64,000 bases of DNA from Takakia lepidozioides (Eukaryota > Plantae > Bryophyta), in assembly GCA_030704615.1 (NCBI GenBank), contig CM060732.1, forward strand, positions 26,846,001 to 26,910,000, written 5' to 3'. Within the stretch, counting starts at the first letter, position 1. Every line of letters starts with the position of its first letter. The notes below the pieces were generated by a model. The model was given only the letters and a program-made list of their open reading frames with translations. It did not search any database and was not told the DNA's origin. Below, one piece after another: positions 37,051 through 47,800 of the stretch. A program made the translations under genes and the position numbers.

Positions 37051-37410
37051 CAGTGTTGGGCGGGTATGACAATTTGGGCATATTGAAGGGTCCGGGTAAG
37101 GCATCTGTGCTTAAAACGGTGTGGAGGTGGTTATATATAATGTAGGGGTTTGGAAATTGTGGCGGTTAGAGGTTATCAATAGAGGGGTCCCCAAAAAAAA
37201 TTTCTCTGGTTATCAATATGCCATTATCCAAGTGGAACACCGCCGGGTCCATACAACGGTTATCAATATAAACTGATTTTCAGTTATGATACATTAAGAT
37301 TTTGAAAGAAAGAAAAAAACAAAGGGAAAAAAATGAAATATGAAGAATCACAATAAAGTAATAATAACAATAATAATAAGTGGACCAGATTTGGTTCCAA
37401 AAAAATAAAT

Positions 37411-37484
<74 letters not shown>

Positions 37485-37492
37485 ATTGCTTA
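37051..37492 (-). mobile_element. Right part of the hAT-like MITE begun at 4976 (inverted)
   Basis: CAGTGTTGGGCGGGTAT at 37051, with the reverse-complemented 8-bp TSD at 37043-37050. Confidence 0.8.
37415..37482. repeat. (TA)34 microsatellite
   Basis: Perfect TA run ending 10 bp before the right inversion breakpoint. Confidence 0.98.
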
Positions 37493-40138
37493 TGAGCTTT
37501 GAAGGTTTTGAGTCATTCAAGAAATGTTTGACATCGAAAACGTCAGATACCTGGTACAAGCTGATGAGGGAAGCATTCATGGAGTACATGTACACTGTAT
37601 GTATTCCATCGCTCTGGCCTTCCATTGTCTGTTGGGATATTGTCAATAACAAGTGATCTCATTCCGGATTACGTTTTGCAGCAAGAAATAGCTGAAGCTG
37701 GAGAGAGAGAGGAAAAGCGGAGTACTATTTGAAAACCCCGGAGGGTCTGAGGACGTCCAAGGGAGTGGCGGAAGCCATGAAGTTTACGATGAATGAGATA
37801 CGGAAGAAGCTCATGAGCGCTTTCGTGAAACAGTTGAGAATAGCTGACCCTGATTTTGGTCCCGAGTTTCTTAACCAGGTGAGGATCCACTGGAACAATA
37901 ACACCAAACCGGAGATGACACAGGAAAAGCTTCACCGGCTGTCAACTGTAGCTGTGGAAGCTGACCAGAAAGTGAAATGGTTGGAGATTTGGAATTCCGA
38001 CCCAACTGTCAAGGATACATACTGCTTCCCTAGGGGTGAAAGAGATGAGAACACCGGGCACATCAAACCCTTCAGCGACCAAGTTCTTGATATATGGTTG
38101 CATAGAGCCACCTACTGGAGCCAGGTACTTTTCAGGACTTTCTGTGCTTGAAATTTTTGAGAATATCTTCCCATGAATGGACTCTAACCCATGCATATAT
38201 ATACCTGCAGATTGAAGCTCGTGCAAACAAAGTGCTGGAGAAACAGCTTTATGACTACAAAATTACCATGACCGTGGCCGAGGACACTCTGGAGGATTAC
38301 TTGAGGCAGTGGAAGGCCACAACTTGGAGCAACTGCTTCTTCAGAGAGTTTTCCCGAGATGGAGGAATCTCCCGAACAAATGATTTTGAGTAGCAGTACG
38401 GGGCGGAGGGAGCCATGAAGAGGGTCCTATACAGGTTCGTTAATTTTGTCTTATGTTTGAAAACATTCTTTGGCAATCAGTAGACAGGCAGTTTGTGGCC
38501 ATAAAAAACTGCGTGCGCCAACGCACGCAATTTCAGAGGGCCACAAACTCAGATGTGCTCTCTCCTCCATCATGGATTTCAATGTTCCGTTGGCAGTTTT
38601 GAATGGAATATCTGTCTGCCGAAAAGGGGATAACTTTCTGCATATGGAACCTTTGTTTTCTCCTGTTCTTGCATATGGTACTTGTGAGTGTATTTCGGTT
38701 GCCTCATGCTCAAGGATTTGTGCACCCCAAACTATGTGCGTCGACGCACGCATTTTGGGAGGGCCGCACTATATGTTTTTTTGCCTTCAATGTCTAAAAG
38801 TGCACCTCTTTTGTTTTGTAGGTATATCAAGAATGTGCTCATTCCAGGAAAAAACCTCAGTAAGTACCCTGCCTTTATCGACTTGTGGTCTGACCCCTCT
38901 AACAGTCAGACCATGTACATGGCAACCATCCTTAGAGACTACGGGAGATATCACCTGAAAGACTTCTGCTGGTATCTCGACATTCCGAAATCAGATTGCC
39001 CCTGGTATGAGTTGCAGACACGAAACCAGAACGACAATGCGGAGTCTTTGGCCCCTCTTACTGACAAGGAATTGCATGAGAGGAATCTGCGAAACCTCGC
39101 TGAGAAGGAACCCGCAGCCAACAAAACTCCTGCGAGAGGGAAGGGAAATGGAAAGGGTACAAAGGACAAAGGGAAGGAGAAGGCCACCCAAGGGGAGACT
39201 GCGGGGGGTGAGGTAGCGCAGACCCCAATTGCAAACAAGGAACGAAAACGTAAGGGGAGGATTGAGCCATACGACGTAGTGGAGCACCCATCCAGAATCC
39301 AGCGAGAATGTAAATGCGAGATTGTTAATGATTCAATCCTTGCCATGATGGAAAGCAGAAAATCTGGTTACACTGGAGAACCCTCTCAAACTTGGGGCAA
39401 GCTGTGTGCATTCCTTGACTCGGTAAGCCAATTCCCACTGTTTGTCTCCTTTACTGTTTTCCCTTTTGGATAGTTATTTAATTTTTTCCGTCTGTTTGTT
39501 TTCAGGTTTCGAAAGGGCAGTGTTGGGTCAATGGTTCTCTGAAACCATGTTGTGTCGACATGGTGATTGTGGACATTCCGGATGGGTTGCCAGTACCGGA
39601 CATCCTACCCACAGGCACTTGCCCAACATGAAATGCATTTGATGAGAGGTACTGGCGGTGGGTCTTTTCATTTTGCAATTTTTTTTTATCGGATGCAGGG
39701 GTTCTTATAATGATCCAATTGGTCAATACGAAATGTCGCCGGGAGCAGGAAGGTATAGTGCATGTGGAAATCAACGAAGGGGACAACAAAGTCTTGGACG
39801 ACGATTTTGCATGTGAGTAAGTTGTTTTTCTGTAAGCATCCGATTTCTCCCGCGAAAATGGCCCCCCCTTTCCCATTAATGGTGGCTAATGCAATTGTGG
39901 TTCTTTTGGTGGCAGGATATTAGAAGCTATTCCTTTGGTCGACGTCTCTGTTATTTACAGTGACTTCTGGTGCAGCCCTCCACGTTCATACATCCTACCC
40001 GACTACGCGGAGGCCATTGCTCGTCAACAGAGTTTCATGTTATCTCCCCCATGTGCTCGAAAGCACAACAGGCACCTCGGAGCTCGGGTTTACGTCGATG
40101 ATACTGCACAAATTTCAAGGGATAATTCTAGTGACTGA
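37493..40138 (+). pseudogene. 3' half (exon 3 remainder to exon 8) of the transposon cargo gene; C-terminal N6/N4 DNA-methyltransferase-like region
   Basis: Exons ~37493-37596, 37682-38124, 38211-38434, 38822-39422, 39506-~39812 and 39917-40138, with GT-AG introns. CEIVNDSILAMM...LKPCCVDMVIVDIPDG...(W>stop)NAFDERYWRWVFSFCNFFLSDAGVLIM. Frameshift at ~37710; stops at 38391 and 39629. Confidence 0.7.
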
Positions 40139-40369
40139 AATGCAAATTTCATCATTTTGGGGGATCTCCAGATGTTCACAGTTTTAGACATTTTGTGTCC
40201 CTCCATAACTTTGTAATAAAAATTGTGCATGTTCGTTGTAATGTCGTTAAAAGATGGTTTCTCATTTTCGTGCCGTGTATGCATTTACAACAGTGGCTTC
40301 TATGCACTTTATACAGTGGATAGTTATATCCTAGCTTGTAGGCTTTGATTGTAATGAACAGCAAATGGT

Positions 40370-40685
40370 TGGTCATGGGTCAAACAAGAAGACAAGACAC
40401 CTAGGGGATGATGTATGTATTGACTCTCGGGTCCAACGCAAGTTCAAAGGCAGCCTCCTCATGCCTAACATTGGTTATGGGTCAAACAAGAATAGAAGGC
40501 ACCTAGGGACTCTCGGGTTCAATGCAAGTTCAAGGGCAACATCCTGATGCGTAACGTTGGTTATGGTTCAAACAAAAAGACAGTGCACCTAGTGGATGGT
40601 GTATGGACTCTCAATTTCGGCGCAAGTTCAAAGGCGGGATCCTCATGCCTAACATTGGTTATGGGTCAAACAAGAAGACAAGGCA
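40370..40685. repeat. Four ~85-100-bp tandem units (ttggttatgggtcaaacaagaagacaag...) in the transposon 3' region
   Basis: Unit starts at ~40370, 40471, 40557 and 40655. Confidence 0.85.
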
Positions 40686-41559
40686 GACGTTTTGTCAATT
40701 TCTGTTACACAATGTTGTAAAGACCCGGAATTCCTCCTCATGCACAAATGAGAGCCAAATCATTTTGAATGTTGTTGTATAATGGTCCTGATGAAAAACC
40801 ACGAAAGTTGCAATACTCTCGTAACATACAGGTGCACATTTCTACCTCATTGGCAGGGGCCGCAATAAGCATTGGAGTCCAAACCATGTTTAGCGTGGTC
40901 AGGTGGTGCGTTGCAGGAAGTATAGTGCTGAAATGGCTCGCAATGTGTCGACACTGAAGAGGACAGCTAAAGAAGAGCGTGCTGCACACCAGAATGTTGC
41001 AGCAAGCACTCGGACAAAGTCGCAGCATGAAAGATCCTCTCACATCTGCTGTGTTGTCTTACTCTACGTTACTGTCATCTGTCTACATTTCCCCAAATGC
41101 CAGACATTCATTAAATCTTATCAAGTGCTTCAGGACGGATTTTAGGCACAATTTCTAATGTTTGTGCAAACGACATTGATCGTTATGCTTGGTTTTCATA
41201 AATGTTAGAATGACATCCTCGCTCAACATTCATCCACTCTATCATCCATTCACGGTATTTCATCCACATTTGTCCACAACTATTCATCCCCATTCATCCA
41301 TATTAGCAGTGTCCCATCCACATTGGCTCTGCTTCATCCTCATAAACTCATCCACAACCATTCTACGCTGATGACAACAACGTAAAATACCACATTAGCA
41401 TGGCATTAAATCATCTGAGGACCATTGTAGACTGATGACCTGGACATTAATACATCCACAACCATTTCAGTCTCTACAAACACTATCATTTTGCAACATT
41501 CACCAACAAACCCTAAACTCTCTTCTGCACCTCGCCTCGTCGCCCACACATGGTTCCCT

Positions 41560-41781
41560 ATCTGCCAAATGCGCAATCCGCGGCTATAGGCCCCCATTTG
41601 CCTGTTCGGTCCGCGGTTATAGGGCCATGCCTATGAAAATGACGTGGCATGACGTGATGTGGCGTCGGGCACGCTGGCGAGGTCGGCTGACGTGGTGTCA
41701 GACCCGTCAGCCAACGTGGCAATAACTGATGGCGTGGCGTGAGCCCGCCTAGGCTCACGCGCTCACTTGGAAGCATCCCCC
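41560..41781. mobile_element. Putative terminal inverted repeat of the Mutator-like element
   Basis: GC-rich, ACGTGG-rich segment ending GGAAGCATCCCCC (G-run terminus on minus), abutting an interrupted Copia RT. CATCCA subterminal repeats at 41210-41460. Confidence 0.55.
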
Positions 41782-43058
41782 ATATTATCATTATAGGGTC
41801 GATAAAGAGAGCATCCAGAACCTCAAGAAGAATATGATGAGCGCGCTCAAAATGACTGACCTTGGAGATGCTAGACTCTATCTAGGAGTTGAACTGAAAT
41901 ACAATAAGCATGGAATCTACTTCCATCAAAGGAAGTATATCGAGAAATTACTCGAGAGATTCGGCGTGACCAATTGCAACCCATCAAGCGTTCCCATGAA
42001 TCCCAAAATCAAGCTGCAGAAAGACTCTGAAACACCAGTTGTGGATCGGAGAACCTACCAAAGACTAGTTGGAGGACTTCTTTACGCAACAATTAGTAGA
42101 TGGGGCAACAATTAGTAGATGGGACATCCAGTTTGCGGTGGATGCGTATCTAGGTACATAAACAACCCTCAGTTGGGACACATGATTGTAGCGAAGAAAA
42201 TCCTGAGATATCTCGAAGAAAATCCTGAGATATCTGAAAGGAACGCTGGATTTCGGAATATTTTATCCTATAGACGATACATGGGAGGGTTAGTTACATT
42301 TGCCGATGCAGACTGGGTTGGAGACTTGGACTCTCGCAAATCCACATCAGGAATTCTGTACAAACTCGGATCTACACCAATTGCGTGATCAAGCAAGTTA
42401 CAACCTACTCTCGCGTTGTCTTCAACAAAAGCTGAATATTGCGTCCTATCTTAAGCGGCAAGAAACATCACATATTACCGCCAACTCTTAAAGGAATTAC
42501 AATTCGAGAGTGAGGGACCGACCCCAATACTGTGCGATAACATGAGCAACATCAGACTTGTTCATAATCCGGCCATGCACAACCGGACCAAACACATCAA
42601 ACTCGATCATCGCTATATTCGCGAAAAACATCAAAATGGCAACGTAGATGTCAGTTACATTCCAACCAATTTGCAACAGGCTGACTTTTTAACAAAACCA
42701 TTGGGGTTTTCACAATTTATCAGCAATCGAGAGGAAGCTGGCCTTTGAAAGGTACCAGCATAGACACACAAGCTGCTCGTGAAACATGGATTGCTCGAAC
42801 TATTCATTCTGTCCGCTCGTGTGCAGATTGAGGGAGGGTGTTGGCAAAATACATCTGCACCCTAGCGTCCTAACATCTCGTCCATTCTTAGAACCTGATC
42901 AGTCTCAGTAACACGCGTATATTTATCTTATTATACGCGGTCACAATACTATTGATAGATGGTTAGCAAAGTAGGTTGCTCCCTTATCTTCTCACTTGAG
43001 CTGATCCATGTATATAATCTGTGTTTTTGATTAAGTAAACTCACTCTTTAGAGCAACA
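41782..43058 (+). mobile_element. Ty1/Copia 3' end: RT-RNase H remnant, PPT and 3' LTR (42839-43058)
   Basis: MTDLGDARLYLGVE, YQRLVGGLLY, FADADWVGDLDSRKSTSG, HNRTKHIKLDHRYIRE, QADFLTKPL. PPT GAGGGAGGG, then TGTTG...CAACA (220 bp). Confidence 0.9.
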
Positions 43059-43330
43059 AATAGTGAATAGACCGACGCGCCAACCTTGCCTATGAAGTAG
43101 AAATGGGGCATGTTTTTCTTGCTTCGATGAGATGGCTTGTTCAAAGGAACAATCATGGCAAAACGTATATTCGATTAGGTGTACTCTCAGTTTGGTAGGA
43201 GAGAAGATGAAGAGAGGGCATCCTAGACAAGCAAGATGTGGCATAGGCATGTCACACATGTGCAAGGAGGAGGTCAGGTGGGGAGGAACATAGAAACACG
43301 GGAGTAGGTAGTAAGGCCCACTTAATACAA
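43059..43330 (-). mobile_element. Fragment of a non-LTR retrotransposon restriction-like endonuclease domain
   Basis: PPDLLL (one frame) then VHLIEYTFCHD...K..K..P.....GW.V, a PD-(D/E)xK-like RLE tail. The Copia appears inserted into it. Confidence 0.45.
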
Positions 43331-44835
43331 CTGACTACATCAATGCACAAGCTATAAGCAACCAAATGTTGGTTACATCAATCCACAAGTTATTATGAGC
43401 ACCACCCAAGTAGTATCAGGCACTAAATCAATCACAGGTTGTTATTAGCTGCCATGTTATTTTGATGGTCTAAAAACCTTTATGGTTTAAAAGCTTTACA
43501 ACTTCTTTTCAATTCTATGGTATTTGCGATTCAATACTTTGGTGGAGGTGAGTGTATGTAAGAGGTCTTGCCCATTGCGTAATGATCGATATGTCAATTC
43601 CTTTTCCCTCGGGGAGGCGAAAGTAAACTTGGTTATAAACATTGGTGATAATTCCTTGATTAGAGGAATTTATCATGTCCCGTTATAGACTTATGATAGC
43701 GGACGTTCAACACAATTTGTGTGAGTTGCAAAAAACAATTTGTTGGTTGTTGATGGGACACGCACGAAGATAGTCAAGTTCTATTATGCGACATAATTGT
43801 GTAGGTTTCTACTTTTTGATGACAAATTTGGTGTAATTTTGGTGACAATTTGTTTATGCTATTTTGGTGATGACAACTTTTGTGAAATTTGGTGTCAAGT
43901 AGTACATTTAGATTTAAATTTTATTATGTTGTAGATATGTTAGTTAAAAATTTCACATTTCGTTTGTAAAATCAAATTATATTGCAAAATATAAATATAC
44001 AATATTTTACCATTTAATTCCTGACTAGTGTGGCCTATGCCTTGGAGCACATAGTGTACTGTTTTTTTTATTAAAAAAATTTGAATAGGGGACAGTGACC
44101 CTGGATGTAGTCTTGTGGGAGTGCATGCTCGCCTTGCTCCCAAAAGTTGTCGCTCTGTGTCTGACTCTTCAATGCATGCATTGGGAAGACTGAGGGAATC
44201 GATCTCACATATCGGAGCTGAGATGAAGTGAAAGTAAAGAATGAATGCCTACTTAAAAAAGAACCAAACAATGACCATAATTAAACACCAATTAAACACC
44301 AGAATTTCCATCCAAGTTTGTTCAGAAAAGACAACCACGTGACTCACCTACCTAGCTCAAATTTGCAAGGATGATCCCCAAAACCAACTCCTGTATAGGT
44401 AAGCTGGTCCTTCACTCTTCTTCCATCTAAAATTAGCAAGTTCTCCCATAAGGACCTCCTAATTCTTGGGTCCTAGTGGGCATCATAGCCTCACCAGTCT
44501 CATTGGCTTATATCTGGTTGTGCCGGAAAACTTCGCAAAACTTTGTTTGTTCGTCCTTTCACCCCTTTGACAACTTGAGAGAGCTTACCTAGCATCGATG
44601 AATTTGGGGTTCTACAGTCATGCTATCATTTCGTGCTTCCCTTGAAGTCAGACACCCCACATCTCATTCGAAGGTCATTGAGGCCTTGCTCCACCTTATG
44701 GTGTTGCCGGCACACTTCTGAGAGCGATTTTGCATATCCAGATGTACTTGAGGCCTTTGCCAGAGTACGTATTTGACAGTTGAATCCTGCTTAGAGACCT
44801 AAATGACGTATAGAAGATACATGACAGGAGGCTTG

Positions 44836-47800
44836 TCACCGCTGGACTAGTTCAATGGCCGGAAACGCAACACCTGATGATTTGGAGTTCTGACTGGATT
44901 TCACAATTCTACTGGCTTCATCAATGAGCCGAGCTTGCACTTGCATGGCAAACTGTAGAGCTGATGGAGGCACAGGAACCTCCAGAGCACCATCCAGAAA
45001 CTGCACCACTTTGCCCATGCCAGGCCTCAGGGAAACATCCTCTTGCACACACCACAGGGCCACCTGCATTGGGAGTTGCCAATCAGTCAAAGATTGCATA
45101 TGGAACATCTTATACATATGTCCGTTTTTGGAGATGAGAGAGACAAAAGTTGAACAGCTTCAATAACAATGATGACTTAGGTGCCATATGAAACATAAAC
45201 AGGTCAGGAGAACCCAAAGAAGGAAGGAAGGCGCGGAGTTAGATCAGGTTGACCAGTTGAATACAACAGCCGACAAACAAGCTCCTCATTGGGTAGTACA
45301 GGTTTTACAGCTCCGGTGCCAAAGAAGGGGAAACAATCATGCATTCAATCTGTATTCAAGTCACTGACTTTTAAAAATCAGTGGACATTGCAACCAAAGC
45401 TGGAACCTCCATTGTACAGAAAGAGTTGTACTTTACAGAATTTGCCAAATGGAAGTCCTCCACACTTGAGGGAGGTCAAATATGAGAATTCTTACCTGCA
45501 CACATCGCCATGCCTGAGCCTTGTCGAACTGTCCACACAGCCGCACATCGATCATATCAAGCATGTTTCCAGCTTGAAACCTGGAAAATGCCAATGCTGG
45601 AAGAAAGGCTTCATCCCGACTTGCTGTCAAATCTAAGTTTCTGCGTCCAGCAACAATTTCCAATAAAACAATGCCGTAGCTGTAGACATCGCTCTTCTCT
45701 GTGATGGCAGCATCTGGTTTCAAGCATTCTGGCGAAGTATATCCAGACATGGGTCTATTCTCCCGGTCCAGCAGGCTGGAAAGCCCGTAGTCAGAAACCT
45801 GGATAGGCAAATTCTTCATCAAGCTCTACTACAATTGACTGGCCTCGAAGTCCTCCTTTGAGCATCAAAATTATTGAAGGCAAGGCTAAGCCAGCACATG
45901 CTCAAGGGAACTTTTGAATCCATGATCTTACTTCTAGATGGGTAGGCTTACCTTGGCAGCAAACTGCAGGTCAAGGAGTATTGCTGCAGCAGTGAAATGA
46001 CCATGCAAAACATGGTCCTGGCACTGCTCCTGCAAGAAGGCCAGACCACGAGCACATCCAAGCACAATCCCAAATCGCGTGGCCCAGTCCAGCAGTGACT
46101 CACTTTGGAAGAGGTACTTGTTCAGGGATCCTTTAGGCAGAAACTCATAGACAAGTAAGCGGTGGTTGCCTTCACAACAAAACCCACACAGCTCTACAAG
46201 ATTCTGATGATGGATGCTTCCAATTTTGGCAACACAGGCCCGGAATTCTCCTTTAGTTTGCCTGCCACTCACCAGCCTCTTTACAGCAATCCATGTGTTT
46301 CCAGGCAGCATACCCTCGTAGACCACACCATAGTTGCCAGCTCCCAATGTCTTTTGGAAGCTGTCTGTTGCAATCTGTGCCAGATTGAGATGAGCAAGTT
46401 AGTTCATGACTTGTGATAAGTGACATCTCAATCCTTGTACAGTCAAGCTCCCTAAAACTGGAGATCTTCAGTTGAGCCAGCCATAGGCAATATCAAAGTG
46501 ACTGTGTACATTTCCAATTTAGACAACTTGTGGAGCTGTCATACTATCATATAAGTAAGCCAAGAACAAACTCCATTTCGCCTCTGGAATTCAGCCTCCA
46601 AAGAGATTTTTCAAGTGAACATTACCCATGCCCTCTCCCTTGATCCATGTTGTTCTCTACTGCACTCATGTGCATGAAATGCAAGCCTTAAATCTTCACA
46701 GAAATAAACAAGCACACGCTATTTCTTCCTCGCGGAATTTCAAATTGAGCAATATCTGAGGACCTACAAGAGAAAAACGACAGAACCTGCATGTCCTGAA
46801 AAGAAAAGCGGGGTGGGAGGCCTGGCAAGTCTAGAAAAGCCTCCTCCTCAGACTCTGCATCCCGTGTTTGCTTCCTGCTATACAAGTAGAAACCCAGGAA
46901 GCTGCCAACTATACCAAGTCCAAGAAAAGCTGCCACAACGCCCACAGCTGTTGTAACCACTGGTTCTCGGTGCAGGTTGGGCAGAGTAGCTGGGTTGCTT
47001 GGATCAGAACCATTCTGAACCTTGAGAAATGCGACTCTGCACATAAGACGAGCACACATCAGGAAGGGACTCGCTGAGACACACTCCTGAGTTCCATTCA
47101 GTCTTATAAAGGAAGAAGCACTAATGCTCACAAAATACTGAACCTTGATTACTGAGATGGGCCAGGGTTACTGGAAGCTAGTGGAGGTTACTCAGACTAG
47201 TGGAGTAGAGGAGGGATGTGCGTGTGGGTTCTATCTGTTCCAGTTTGGGGGTTTCCGCTTATTCTGCCCCAATACCTCATAAAGGATCTGTCTATTTCTG
47301 TCTCAACCATGGCTGAGTTTGTCAGTGCCCACTTGTGCAACGAGCCCCAAGGTTGTTTTCTTGAGATGTAGAGGTTGTGTTACTTGCATCTACATATGTG
47401 ATAGTGGGAGAAGTCCACAGGACAGTCATTCATGGATACACTGGCTTATGTTGGGAAAGTTCTAGCCCATGGAAACAGGGAACTGGTGCATTCAGAATTT
47501 GTGTACTGGTCTACTCATGTTCTTGACATTGGCTGGGCCCAAATCGTTAGTCGCTCAGTAAGTGAAAGGTGAAATGTGCCCTCTATCTTAAGCTGATCTG
47601 GATTCGAATGAAGTATATTACCCTCCATGGGGGAGGTAATATGGTGCGCCCAGAATAATTCACATCCGTGGAGTTACCCAAGCTTGGTAGGCACCTCACC
47701 ATTTTCTTAGAGGAAATATCCGTTAAGACGCACAATCGACAATGCTTTTCTTTAGGCCCCCTTCAATCTGAATGCATGATTTGACCCCTTCTCTAAGGTC

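Noticed and set aside
37284-37652. ORF with a YIYIYI repeat
   Set aside because: Translation of the (TA)n microsatellite.
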